DNA of 64,000 nucleotides from Spongospora subterranea f. sp. subterranea (Eukaryota): NCBI GenBank assembly GCA_049724395.1, contig JAUGWO010000155.1, positions 62,001 to 126,000 of the forward strand, read 5' to 3'. Shown piece by piece: positions 50,877 to 63,420 of this stretch (position 1 is its first letter; each line of letters starts with the position of its first letter). The notes under the pieces were generated by a model. It saw only the letters and a program-made list of their open reading frames with translations, ran no database searches and was not told where the DNA came from. The position numbers and the translations under genes were made by a program.

Positions 50877-51545
50877 ATGAACCAGACAGAGGTTCAGGGC
50901 ACGGGATCTCAGGAGGTGGAGGCGCAAGGCTCGGGACCACAGGCGGTGGACGTCCAGGACGTGGATAATATCGAATGTGGTGCAGACGGGGATGACGTCG
51001 GGATTCTCTGGGATCGTGACAACTCCAGCAACAACACCAGCCCACAAAGCATTGGTGGCCCTGGAGACAGACCGAACTTCCAACCCCCAAAAGCTCGGGG
51101 ATGGGCACATATTGGGTCTACCAGGAAGTTTTATAATCCAATGAAACGCCTCAAAGATGTTTTGGTCAAGACAGTTGGGAAGAGGGCAGATCGTGACAAA
51201 AATTTTATGCCATATCGACGAATGAATGGTCGATCGTTTATGTACGACACCTCAGAGGGTGTTGTTTCAGTGGATCAAAAATTGGATATTGCTTTTCGCA
51301 AGTTCGAACCGGAAGATGACAGTCTGGTTCCTGGGTACGATATGCAGGAAGAAGTTCGGGTCAGAGGTCAGGACATGGCATATAAGGCGATGGAGGACAT
51401 GGATCTACCTATTGATCACATGATCGACTCCCTCGATTACAGCGCCCTATTAATGACATGCACCGTGTTCCGATGCTATATGAAGAATCTCATCAGGCCT
51501 TTATTACGTGATGGACTCTATAAACCTTCGGAAAATCTGGATTAG
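50877..51545 (+). CDS. Hypothetical protein (222-aa frame, possibly with upstream exons)
   Basis: Long open frame preceded by an acceptor-like aaacag; no domain recognised. Confidence 0.5.
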   Translation: MNQTEVQGTGSQEVEAQGSGPQAVDVQDVDNIECGADGDDVGILWDRDNSSNNTSPQSIGGPGDRPNFQPPKARGWAHIGSTRKFYNPMKRLKDVLVKTVGKRADRDKNFMPYRRMNGRSFMYDTSEGVVSVDQKLDIAFRKFEPEDDSLVPGYDMQEEVRVRGQDMAYKAMEDMDLPIDHMIDSLDYSALLMTCTVFRCYMKNLIRPLLRDGLYKPSENLD

Positions 51546-51888
51546 ATACTATCCATCTGTTTTGGGTGAGCCTACACGTCAGGAAGCATTGCACAACACA
51601 TCGTTTCATTTGTCGGAATGCTTGCTTCCTTTTAATGTCTCTCTCGATAAGTTTTCGCATGAGCGATTTACATCTATGTTGCCTGGGAAAGTACAGTAGA
51701 CCGTATTTCAAGGCCCCTCCTTTCTCTTGGTTCAATTTGACGCCATTTTGCAGATTGACGTTGTTTAGTGTGATTCTGCATTCGTTTGTGATTCCTGTGA
51801 CTGTGCCTTGCTCATTATCCTGAGGACGATTTGGAGACATCGTGTAATGGTCGAATAGTTTATCACTGGCCTGTGTCGCTGGCATTAA

Positions 51889-54215
51889 ATGAGGGCAGCA
51901 AAGGTCTTGTTATTCTTCGCGAACGTTTTCGCAATAAGCATAATGAGACATTTTCGAATTTGATATCGTATAGACGGAAAACGTTGCGAGAAACAAGAAA
52001 CTGGTTTTTTCAAAACGGAAACTGACCGATATGCCGGATGACGTTCAAGTAAGGTCAAAAACAATATATTTTGCTCTGACGTTCTTTGCCCAACATCAGT
52101 ACCCTATGCCGATGGTTTTATTTCAAAGCCCCCCCCTTTTCTGAACATCGCAGGATGCTAAACATGGTTCAATCAGTTTTAGAATTCTCATTTGTTACTC
52201 AGCTAGAAGGTGTTATGGCGCTAGACCTCAGTCTTAACCAAATTGTATCGCTAGATCCAACCCTTTGCTCGTTCTCCAGGCTCGAATTTCTGGATCTGAG
52301 CTTCAATCAGTTGGAAGACCTGACGGCTTTGGGAAGGTAATAATCCCATAGCCCATGTTTTGTTCCAATGAATATTGTTTGTTTTCAAGCAGCAGCTTCG
52401 CTGGTTGAATGTTTCAAATGTCCATTCAAATGTTGCCAGTTGATTTGACAGTCCATGTTTTGGACGAGAGGATCCTTTTTTTTTGTGCGAATACAGATCT
52501 AATCGAATTTATCAAAAAATCCATCACCCATTGACGATTGCACTGCATGGCCGTTTTTGAAGTTTCATTGCGGCTATGTTTCGGTTGTTTAATGATTCGT
52601 GTGATTGTCAGTGCATCGTGCTGTTTGAAGACCTTATTTCTGGTATTGCTCAAATTACTATGTGGGTGGAGCTTCAAGTGAGTTGAGCTGATATTCTCGC
52701 CAGAATAACAATCGCTTAACGTCATTTTCGGGTTTTGGCCGCCTGATATCGCTAACCAAGCTCCGGCTCCAAGCGAATGCCATAACAACTATCGTCGATA
52801 TCCCTCGCTCTCTAACGCAACTTGATATTTCATATAACAAGATCACAGACATAGAGGTCGAGAATGGGTTTTCTTGTCCCTCAACTTGGCAAATTTGTCG
52901 TGTTTTGTCTGCAAACCGGCTTTTACTTTGTTCATTCTCTACCTGACAGAACAAATCTCTAACTTTGATGCAGTTTATCAGGAAACTGCCTCAATTGATT
53001 TGGTTGGTAGCCAACAACAACGAAATCCAGGATGTTGGGTCCATCTCGGTCTGTACTCAGCTCCAAGACCTGCAACTGCATAACAACGCCATTACTCGAG
53101 CTTCGTGTTTATCGACTTTACGGAAGCTAACTGTGCGTTTGCCCTACTCTTATCACATACAATTCATCAGCTCTGTTCTGTTTTCAGACTCTATCGCTTT
53201 CGTGGAATCAGATTAGCCGCTTTCCAGACCTCCCGGCGTTGCCATCGCTCATTGACCTTTATGTCTCTCACAATCGCCTAAAAGGTACATATCGTTGCTC
53301 AAAATCCTTTGGGTTTCCGCTTTTTGCTGTTTAACGGTATTCGTTTTTTTCCAATTTCCTCGACGAGCATTAATCCGGTTGCCGTCAGACATGGTTGGAT
53401 TCGCTGAATATTACCCTTCGTTGTCTGTTTGCGACATGTCCCACAACGCTCTGCCAAATCTGGACACATTGCTCCCTTCTTTAGCGCTCGGTACTCTAGA
53501 CGAGCTCCTTTTGTCGGGAAATCCGTTGTGTCGGAATCGGACTTCCGAGCAAATTGCGGCGCTTGTCGCTTCATCCCTTCCCAGCTTGACAACTCTGGAT
53601 GGCATCGATCTTGGGTCTCGCGTATGTTGACGTTCTCTTATCAGTACTTTGTTTTTAGTTTTCCTTTTCCGTATATTAGGACGAATCAGTTGTCGCTGAT
53701 GACGGGGAGAACGTTGAGAGGGAATTGTCTGACACCGATCTAGAGTCGCCATTCCAGATTCATCATCCTGGTAAGACGTATGCGCTGCTAGCGCAATCAG
53801 AGGTTCATTGGTTTGAACGTCCTTCATCCGTCATCTATTTACACAATCTGTTTCACGTTCTCATGCAAGTGATGTCAACCCGAGTATGCTAATTTGAATG
53901 CGTTTAGGCGGCCCCCGTCCAATCCATAATAATGCTCTGATTATGGAGACATTGGCTGATACCAAGGCAAAAATGGAATCGTTCCGCTCCAGTTTCCGCA
54001 AAACCCTTGATGAAAGCCGCGTTCTCTTGGGAGAGACTATTGTCCACAAGCACGTATCGATCGCCAAAGAGGAGCAACCCAATGTTCGTGTTGCTAGCGC
54101 CCGTCAACGTCGCTTGAAACCATTGGCGGCAATTCGCCCCGATGTCAAATATGATCGAGCCGTTTCAGCTGGATCACGAGTATCTGGCATTCGTCAACAG
54201 GCTTCCCTTCAGTAG
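51889..54215 (+). CDS. Leucine-rich repeat protein (SDS22-like repeats), many exons
   Basis: LDLSLNQI, LEFLDLSFNQL, LDISYNKI, LQLHNNAI, LSLSWNQI, LYVSHNRL, LLLSGNPLC cap; splice MRAAK|TENVAR in phase. Confidence 0.85.
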
Positions 54216-55122
54216 GCAAACTTGGTTTTCAGCAAAAGCTTTTGATTTGTTTTATAACTAGTAGACTCTATGGTAGAAACGTCTGTCTTGTAGAATTGTT
54301 GTATAAGTGATACTTTACTTCATGGATTTCTTTCTCATTGATTCGACACAAGTTTTTGTTCCACATTCTGAAGGTGAATTTCAAAAATCAGCACTTTGAG
54401 CATTTGTGATGTCACGTTTGATTTCAGATCAGTCTTGTCATAATCACAGTGCTTACACTTGAGTAGATTTGCTCAAACATGCCTGGATACTGCTCGCCGG
54501 CTATCATCATCCCGCCACAGACAGATAGTTCATTCACATCCGGGGCGATTTCATCGCCTTTCACCCACTCTTCCAAGTCTAAAACCTCAATAACCTCAAA
54601 TATTCTCACCCTTTCTGCAATAAACAACACCGATGGAGCAGCTTGTCCTGTTTCAACCCTTGTCTCCTCGCCTAACCTGAACTTGCTTGTTGTAAAGCAA
54701 ACAAGAGCTCTGATAAGTGTCTCTTTTGAGCATTCCCACTAGTAAGCTCGACATGGAAATACAGTCGTGTTCTCATCCACAGATATCAAAATTGATTCAC
54801 TAGCCCGTTTTCTATATCCATCCTTGACATTTATCAGATATGGCCGGAGATCGACAGAATTTCGAATCATGAAACCTATAAGCGCATCTCGTTCCAGAGA
54901 ATTATTGCTCAATTAATTCGAACAAGTACAGTTCTGTAGCAAATCCGGCCTTATAGGCCATGACCCATACAGGCCATAGCGCCATAGCCGATCAACTGAT
55001 TATCTCACACTGGAGTCAGCGCAGCCTGCTCATAACGACTTGTGATAAAAATACAGTTTAGCGCCATTCTCCAGCGGAATAGTAATTTCGAAACCTGAAA
55101 CCCGTTGGTGATTTCTGGCTGG

Positions 55123-55392
55123 ATGAGAGGAACTCGTATTGGACCGTTTGGATCGCTACCTTGGGTTGCAGCTCGATACGCTAAGTTCGGTGCTCGTCTG
55201 GCTCCATGGGCGATCCCGAGCTATGTATTGGGAGTATGGATGGTCGGCCCTGCCGTGTCTTCCGAGACACAAACAAAGTATGCGGGTTGTTGTTGGTTGT
55301 CTAGGTTCTCCATACTGATAGTCCGGTTTAGGCTGTGGACATTTGGCCTCTCGTCGATATTTTCATATTCCAACTTACCGGGACGATATTAG
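55123..55392 (+). CDS. Small single-TM protein, possibly QCR10/UQCR11-like complex III subunit; one intron
   Basis: APWAIPSYVLGVWMVGPAV resembles the W...G.W...P pattern; AA|GTATGC...TTTAG|G splice in phase. Confidence 0.4.
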   Translation: MRGTRIGPFGSLPWVAARYAKFGARLAPWAIPSYVLGVWMVGPAVSSETQTKYAGCCWLSRFSILIVRFRLWTFGLSSIFSYSNLPGRY

Positions 55393-55921
55393 GCTGACGG
55401 CAATTGATCACATATCTGCAGATATCACTCAATCAGTTTCCGTACAAATTGCCCCGAACCATAAAACCTTTCCATATCAATTGACATCATCTGTATAATT
55501 TCATTCGTCGTGAATACTTTTATTCATGTTGATTTTCCCTTTGATCAATGGCAGAACCCCTTCTTTTCAAAAGTCGTTCGTACCGTAGTTTGAATGTGGG
55601 ATTTAGTTATGGCATGAACCTATTCAAACAATTTTCCAAAATATAGAGCTTAGGGTTGTCGTTCAGCAAAAAAACTTATTATTGGCGACGAATTGTCTTT
55701 CAAATTAACAGCCGGTTTTTTTAAATAAATTCAATGGTGCCCGGAATAGTGGAACCGATGTCGTTTCCGAACTTGTTAAATAAATCCTGTTCTGACTTGT
55801 TAAATCCTGCTCTGTTTGACCTTTAAGATGAGGGCAGAGTCAATAGACTGTTGATCCCCGATACGAGGGAATTGCGGAACGTTCTCCGGCGTGGGTGGAG
55901 GCTTGCGGGTTGGCCGTGGCC

Positions 55922-56811
55922 ATGGCGCTACACAGTACACACGGAACTCCAAAACCATCCTTTTTCCCCGATTTGTACTCCGCAGTTTGTCGCCGATCCC
56001 CGATCCTGTTCTAATTGATAAAGATGGACCGTCACCTCCGCCGCCAATACAATCAAACAGACTGTCAAATTCCGGGCCCGTCCACAGGATTTCTATGAGG
56101 TCGTTCATATTCGCTGTCTGATTGCCGACTACTTTCATGAATATCGAATCTCATTGTTTCTCATTTTTTTACAAATTGTTTTAGATTTTTGCGCTTTGAT
56201 TTTTCCTTGATCGCCAGGGGTCCAACTTTGACCTTGCATGTGCTTTTTCAATTCGTCTTCACGACATTATAGGCGGTGTTATTGATGTTGATCCAGGTTT
56301 TCATGTCTGAAAAGATAATGGGAGCGATGACCGGTTCCAAAACGTTGATCACAGCCAAAGTCGGCGGGGGGTTCAGCTACTTCAATGGGCAGATTACGGG
56401 CGTCATTCAGGAGCTGTCCCCGAACGAGAAGATGACATTCCGATGGCGCATGAAGGAATGGGAAGACGGCGTCTTCTCCACCGTTCATATCACACTACAT
56501 GCCGACGAATATGGCGTCACAACATTAGACCTGGTTCAAACGTAGGGGTATTTTCACGCCACAACAATTTCATTGTCACCTTTAAATTTTTCCGTTTGAA
56601 GGCGTTTTTTCATGTTGTGAGTTGCGTTGATCGAGATGGGCCGGGTCATGTGTTTTCACGATGTTGTGCCATTAACACATTGTCATACAGGGGCATCCCC
56701 CAAGCCGACAAATATGGACATCACAGCCTGGCAAAGAAGGTCGAGGAAGGTTGGGAGATGCACTTCTGGGATCCCATAAAGAAGTTTTGCGGGTTTGATT
56801 ATCGCGCATGA
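55922..56811 (+). CDS. Stand-alone AHSA1/Aha1 C-terminal START-like domain protein, 4 exons
   Basis: TIKQTVKFRARPQDFYE|VF...GG.FSYFNG.ITG...EL.P...I/M...WR...W..G..S.V.I......T.L.L.QT|GIP...EEGW...FW. Confidence 0.85.
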
Positions 56812-57985
56812 TTCGGCGTGGCTGATGTCGCGTCTTCATTCTGCATTATTTCGCTCAATAAATTTGTATGTTTGAAAATAATCGCGAGAGCAGCGCGTGA
56901 TGCACATCAGCGATTAAATCGAAGAATACCCATCACTACCCTGGTACAGTAGACGATAATTCAAATCCATTTTTGAATCAGCTTACACAATTTACTGTCG
57001 TAAACTCTTCCCAGATGAGCTCGATGGTACGACATGTTGTGGTAGGCCTTCAACGTAGTCACGAAACGATTTTATTTGATCAGAATCAGCAGAAGCCGGT
57101 GGTCAAGAGCAAATTAATGTAAATAAAGGTCTGGGCTTTCGCCAGAGCCAAGTACAAACGGATACGGCAGCAATCCAGAAACGTGGTAAGAGGAAATCAC
57201 AACGGTAAAAGTAATGTCCACTATATTGTTGCTCATCAATTACTGCACAATAATCGAGATTTTCTGGATAGGATTTGCCACATTGATATTGAGAGTTAGG
57301 TCCCATAGCTTTGCAGCGTATTTGATGAAACCTCCGGTTGATGATTGCGACAACGGCGCAGACGAAAAGCACAGAGGAAAACCAGTTCTCAATCTCATTC
57401 TAAATCTGGCCTCATCGAGTATTATCTTATCTCTGTAGCGATGATACCTACCCAGCGTCAAAGGGGATCCGAACAATAATGTGTTTGAACCTGCACCGGT
57501 TCGAAGGATCCCCCTGGTCTGTCTTGTCCCGCTCATTGGCCGGTCATGGCAGTAACTGTGATGCAGTGCAGGCGGTCACAGGGTGGGGTGGATGGCTGGG
57601 TCTGGCCCAGGTAACGCCATGGATGGGGACTCCCCATACCCCTCCACCACCACCGCCTACACCACCGCGTACACCACATGCGCCACCCCGATATTGGATG
57701 TTGAAGAAGACCCTCAACCACCTCAACCCCATATCCCCCCGTCATGCCCCATATACCATTACAGTACCCTCAACCACCTCAACCCGTTATTCCCCACCGC
57801 CCCCCCCCCCCTCGGGACGTACCAGCACTTGATATTTGTTTGAGTGTTGGCCATGTGGGTGGGTGTTGGCCCATGTCGACCCCCACCTCTCTATAACTAC
57901 GTACATTGATATCGTTGATCGGTTTGATGAGCTCATTTCCGTTATCGAACTATCGTAGACAGGAGCGTCGGGGATCAACGACCGC

Positions 57986-58684
57986 ATGAAGCAGCTGGAC
58001 GTGAACGTGTTCCAGAGCGCGATTGTGGACCTGTCGCGACAGTTGATGGGTACGCGACCCTATGACCACGATAAGAGCAAGGCGGCCGAATCGTTGTTCC
58101 GTCGAAGTTCGAGATCAAAGGATGAGTTCGTCCGATCGGAAACGCTGGCAAGGCATTTGGCGAAATCGGAAGCGGAGTTGGCGCGATGCCAAGCGGAACT
58201 GGCCGAGATGAAGAAACTTTTGAAAATCAAGTCGACAAAACCAGCGCCCGTCAATGTTGAACGATGGAATTCAAATCCAGCCAAAGGATTTCAATCAAAA
58301 TCGTGCAGGACGGCACCCGATCCCGTCGAAAGATGGAACTCGGATGGAGAAGACGTTATATTCGAGAGTGCGAAAAGGGAGACTGGTGATAATTGGACAA
58401 CCGACGCCGAACAATTCCTGGCAGGTGAAGGAAACGAATCTCACGTAAGGAATGCACCATTTTAGGGAAAAACAACCGAATTGACGAATGTTTGTGTTGT
58501 TTGACTGATGCAGATACCTGAACTGGCCCCAACTGTATCAATAAACCCGGAAGAAGCCGATTTCCCCGATATGAGTTCATTGAACCCGTTTGACGATATT
58601 CCTTTGAGACAAGCACGTTCCACCGACGATTGGCTGGTACCCCCTCCCCCGTCCCCGATTGTCGCCGGTCAATCATGGTTCTGA
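57986..58684 (+). CDS. Hypothetical coiled-coil protein, 2 exons
   Basis: 159-aa ORF; CAC|GTAAGG...GCAG|ATA splice continues IPELAPTV...GQSWF*; internal VERWNS repeat. Confidence 0.5.
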
Positions 58685-59220
58685 CCGGGTATGTGTCTCG
58701 CAGGGTGACGCACGTAGATCATCGAGCTTCGTATTGCGAGGATTGGACGATAAGATCACCATGCGTAGCAATAAGCGAAATCAGACCTTCGGCTGATCCC
58801 GATAGTTTCAGCCACTTTTAAAATTCTGTGGATAAATTATAGCGCCATATTCAGCGTCTGAAGGACAACGACTTTTCGATTGCAATGCACGAAAACCCTG
58901 ATTGAACCGATCCGACGGCTCGAGGTCGGCCAATTCCCAATAACGAGTTGATATCGATGATCGAAGAGATGGGCGGCGACAACCGACCCGACATTCTTGT
59001 CAGCTCATATTAAACCTGCCTCTGAACGGTGATACATTGTTGAATTGTGATGCAAAACCTTGCCCAGGTCAAAGTGACTTAGGGAATTATGATTCACAGT
59101 TGTTGATGGCAAATTCATCACGGAAAATGTGTTCTGACACAGTTTTCAAAGATAAAGCCAATCATTTGGCGTACTTGTATTAGGATTCCGAAATTCCTAA
59201 CTGCCATTTTGGACATTTCT

Positions 59221-60106
59221 TCAGCTATTGTTATTGGCGAAGCGAGCTATCTTATTGTTGAAAGGGCCGCATTGATAATCGGGAGATTTCATATACGCGG
59301 CGATCGTAGGAACTGCTTCGAACCGCTTGCAAAACTGAACGAGGTTTTCGTAGGGTTCCACAAGATGACGACCGAACGTACAGTATTGCTGAATCATTTC
59401 ATATAGTAAGAAATCTATTGACACATACTTTTCAGATCGAGCTGGATTACACAATGAGCAACATCCTGGGAAAGAATCAACTAACCTGCATACGATATCT
59501 GTTCGCCAGCGACAAAGTCCTTCTTTATATAGGTCGAGAACTGTTTGAGAACTTTTGGGGCGGTCTCCTTGACGAACGCTTCGCGAAAATCGTCGAATCG
59601 TGGATTGTAGCAAAGCCCCGTGTACTTTGAACGACAGTCGGCGATCTCGAACGCGACCATATCGATAACGGCGCGTTCCTCGGGAGTGCGCCCACACAAA
59701 TCATGCTTTCTGAGACAAACTTAAACCAAAATTTCAGAACCACAGCGAAAACTGAAATAATACTCAGCAATGTATTTCATTATCGCCATAGATTGAGTGA
59801 TTTTGACATCATCGTCAATTAGGTATGGAAGGTTAGGAAAATCCAGACCCAATTTCTGCTTCTCATCTGTCCAATCAGAGTAATCGAACTCCGGTCCATC
59901 CCCTCTACATTCATATCGGCGATCATGGAATGGAGTCTTTGTATAATCTAAGGAAATCAACACATGAATGCCGAACCCTTGGTGGAATATGCTGTCGCTG
60001 GGCTTTTACGTAGAATTGTTCGGATCGGCTCTGCTAATCCGCGTATATTCCAATAGCCGAGAGTAATCTTGGAGCTGGTCTCCCCCGATCTACTTTGGCC
60101 CAACAT
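59221..60106 (-). CDS. Glutathione S-transferase, mu-class-like, 4 exons
   Basis: TLGYWNIRGLAEPIR, W..EK.KLGLDFPNLPYLID...KITQS.AI..YIA, DFLLYE, RFEA.P.IAAYMKS, PFNNK.A. Confidence 0.93.
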
Positions 60107-60421
60107 CGTTAACAATGAGATTTGTTAAAGTTCAAGTGACCGATAGATACACATTGCTGTCGCCGTTTAAGTGCGTGAATGACAGCCAGCCAGAGAAATG
60201 ACAGGGGTTGGCCATCAAAATCTACAGTGCTGCACCGAAAAAAGCTCCGGCACTGCCGATTGATTTTTAACCTTGTCCGTTTATGAGGCCCTCGATGGCA
60301 TGTGATTGACACCGTGACGTTCAATTGCTGATTGCATTGACGTGATTGTCGCGTATGGATCTTTGAAAAAGGAATGAGAAACATTATTCTAATTTGTCCG
60401 AAACAATATTTCCTACTGGGG

Positions 60422-61725
60422 ATTGATAGACACAGATGGCGATGAGGACCTTCTGCGTTGGGCAGAGCCAGAGACGCTGCTGATGACGGTTAGATAACGG
60501 TGATAACAGTAATGGGAGTTCAGTACCTCGACCGATGGCGACGATTTTTGTGTCAAGACCTAGGACGATTTTATCAGGACGGCCGTGGGGAAGTTCAAGT
60601 ATTACTGTCGAAAAGAGGCAGCAATACTGTATGAAACACAGCACATTACACAACGGAAAGTCATCTTGGCCAGTGAACATTGTGAGAGTGTGTGGATCCG
60701 ACTTGTCACAACGCTTCGAAACGCTCTAAGCGTTTCCGACAAGTACGGAATCATACTCGCTGACCATAAGGTTCTGTGCCTTCCATCGATCGTCGACTCC
60801 ATTTTACGTATCAACATTTGAGTTTCGCTAGACCGTTTGGTGGTGGTTTATTAGTTTGGTGGTGCTGGTGAGAGAGATCGGGTGGGGAGGGCGGAGAAGA
60901 AAAGAAAGAGGGGGGGTAGGCGGAGCATCGAACGCTGCGACTCAACCGAGGGAGTAAAGTGTCTGCAGGCTCCTTTTGACGAGGCGACGGTTCCTGCGGG
61001 CGATGGCCACCGACACGTCCGTGATAAGCTGCTCGAAAGAATGTTTGATGGCCTGCCGGCGGAGTAGATCGGTGTCGCTGAGGAGAGCTTTAAGAAGAGT
61101 CGTCCAGCCTTCGCCTAGAGCGCCATAAGTGTCAACGGACAGGGGGATGAAAGTAGCGTCCTTGGCTGCAAGGGATGGCTCTGGTTCTGCCCAACGCTGA
61201 AGGTCCTCATCGCCATCTGCGTCTATCAATAAATTCTTAACGGTGCTAATTCACGTGTTGAAGATCTCACCCAATAGCAACCGGCAGATGGTAGATATCA
61301 ACCTCACTGGAGAACAATTTTTAACTTGATCAATTGATATCAACAACCGTTTACAACTCAAAAATACTACATTCCAACAACACGGGCGCCACGATTAACC
61401 AGGACGGGGTCAGCGTCGACCCATCGTATTTCACGACACTTTTTAGATCATGCACACATAAGGATTACGTAGATTGATATTTTGTAGCTGTGAGATTAGT
61501 TGTGCCCATGTTTTGGAATAAACGGTTTGAGCAATAGAACAATGCGACAAGGTCTATTCATCGTTGATATTGATTGTGTCAAGTTGGAATCTTCTTTAGT
61601 GAGAATCGAGAGGTCGTCGCGTGATTCCATGAATATCCGCACAAAAGTATCAATCCCCTTGATATCTAGATCTCCAACACGTGAATCAGCACCGTCAAGA
61701 AATTATTGATAGACGCAGATGGCGA
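60422..61725. repeat. Double inverted repeat: 60422-60473 pairs with 61179-61230, and 61210-61266 pairs with 61669-61725
   Basis: Counted by eye: 49/52 and 53/57 matches after reverse complementing. Confidence 0.9.
60942..61178 (-). mobile_element. C-terminal restriction-like endonuclease remnant of a CRE-like non-LTR retrotransposon
   Basis: FIPLSVDTYGALGE...LL..L...VSVAIARRN matches F.PL.VET.G..G / LSVAIQRGN. Confidence 0.7.
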
Positions 61726-61834
61726 ATATGACTATGTTCGATATCATGCAATTAATCAATATCTTAGTTTACGTGGTGGTTGATTACGCTGGGTTTGCGT
61801 TTTGGAAGATATTAAAAAGGTCTGTTTAATGACT

Positions 61835-62510
61835 GCCATAAAGGGGAGACGTCGTCATATGTAGAGAGACATTCTTATTTCGAATGGACGTCTACGAGAG
61901 GATGGCAAAATTTGAGGGAGACGAGTTAAGGACTATTGTGGAGCCAACTCTTGAATCTGGAGAGCAAAAATTAGCTTTATCAACACACGATAAATCGTGT
62001 TTCAGCTCTTTCGACGGGAAAAAACTATCTGGATTGATGATAACCATATGTTATTATGGCCTAAGGGAGAAGGGAAGTGAAATGAATAAATATTTGTTTG
62101 AAAATTGGTAATTGTATCAGAATTTCTGTGCGGTTCTGCGAGTTATCAAACACGATCAAAGCTTGACAACTCGGATGTAAAATCTTGAATATTGGCGAAA
62201 CTTCATCGCCCAGCTGCTTTGCTAGGTCAGCATTCGTCTAGCATCCATTCAATAGGAGCGCCAGGGTTCTGAGCTTGCTGTTCAGCATCGAGTTTGAGGG
62301 GCCCATGGAAATCGCACAAGAATTCTGATACCATTACAGTCTTCCGTTCTCCCTTAGGCGGTAATGGCATTTGGTTATCATCAATCCAGATAGTTTTTTT
62401 CCCGTCGAAAGAGTTGAAACACGATTCATCAAAACTAATTTTTGCTCTCCGGGTTTAAGCGTTGGCTCCACAATAGTCATCAACTCGTCTCCCTCAAATT
62501 TTGCCATCCT
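61835..62510. mobile_element. Two convergent fragments of an IS630/Tc1-type DDE transposase (HDES group) forming an inverted repeat; arms ~61899-62132 and ~62313-62510
   Basis: DVV..RE.FL..M...E..M.KFEG......EP.L..GE......HDKS.F...DG....W......PKGEG...MVSEFLC..HGPL; both copies frameshifted. Confidence 0.8.
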
Positions 62511-63192
62511 TCGTTGGGGTGACCGACAGGAGTAGCGACGATGAAGGTTCCCATGTTCGGTCAGAAACATCGTAGCCCTTCCAATCCACGAGGTACTGCA
62601 TTTGTCCTCTAAACAAACGACACGCAATGACGTCTTTTACTTCGTACAATGGTTGCTGAGCATCATCCAAGGCGAAAGGGGGAGGATTACACTGTGTTTC
62701 CGATCAGGAACAGAAAATGGATCAGCATTCGGCAAAAAGTGTTCGTCCAACTGTCGATTCCAGATGATCTGCGATGTTGCCGGCAGGTTTTGGTATATTC
62801 GATTCAGACAATCACAGTTAATGATAGTCGGACCCCGTTGATGGTGTTCATCGCCCCTGCTAAATGTTGTAATTGATCTGACTCACTGTGATTCATCGAT
62901 CGCTTCTTCCGGTGATCGTCGCCATTATTGCACTTCATTAAAAAATTTCAACAACAACATTCCATACCCCTATTCGATTAAAGACTAATCTCCCAGAATC
63001 CCACACGCTTTTCCAGGTCCTCAATGGAATAGTAGGTTGTATGGTTTTATAGTTTGTCCAAACTGAAAGACTTGAAAGCGTTCAAAGTTTTTTTCATCAC
63101 CAAAACGGGGTTGGGAGAATTGTCGCACCACAAATAACAGGAACCAGAGAGCTATGAAAGATCAGATGGAATCACTTTTTTGTCGCTCGGTC

Positions 63193-63420
63193 TTATGCCA
63201 AAACACCAATCGCGCCCGTAGCTGCTGTTCTTACCACCATGGCGCCCGTTGTCACAGCAGCGGCGACCGCTGTTGCAGCTCCTGCCGTAAATGTGCCAAT
63301 CGCACTTGCACACATAGCCACGAATGACAATGGAGCAGGTCCAGCTACCGCTGTGCCAAATGCACCAAAACCGACCCCCATTCCAACCGTCGTTATGGCA
63401 ATCATCGCGCCTAGACCCAT
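63193..63420 (-). CDS. Small Gly/Ala-rich hydrophobic ORF, tandem copy 1
   Basis: 75 aa, almost no charged residues, ends GAIGVLA*; 3' flank shared with copy 2. Confidence 0.5.
   Translation of the reverse strand: MGLGAMIAITTVGMGVGFGAFGTAVAGPAPLSFVAMCASAIGTFTAGAATAVAAAVTTGAMVVRTAATGAIGVLA

Noticed and set aside
57479..57843. Proline-rich ORFs and duplicated ACCCTCAACCACCTCAACCC
   Set aside because: Low-complexity C-rich sequence with no coherent gene model.
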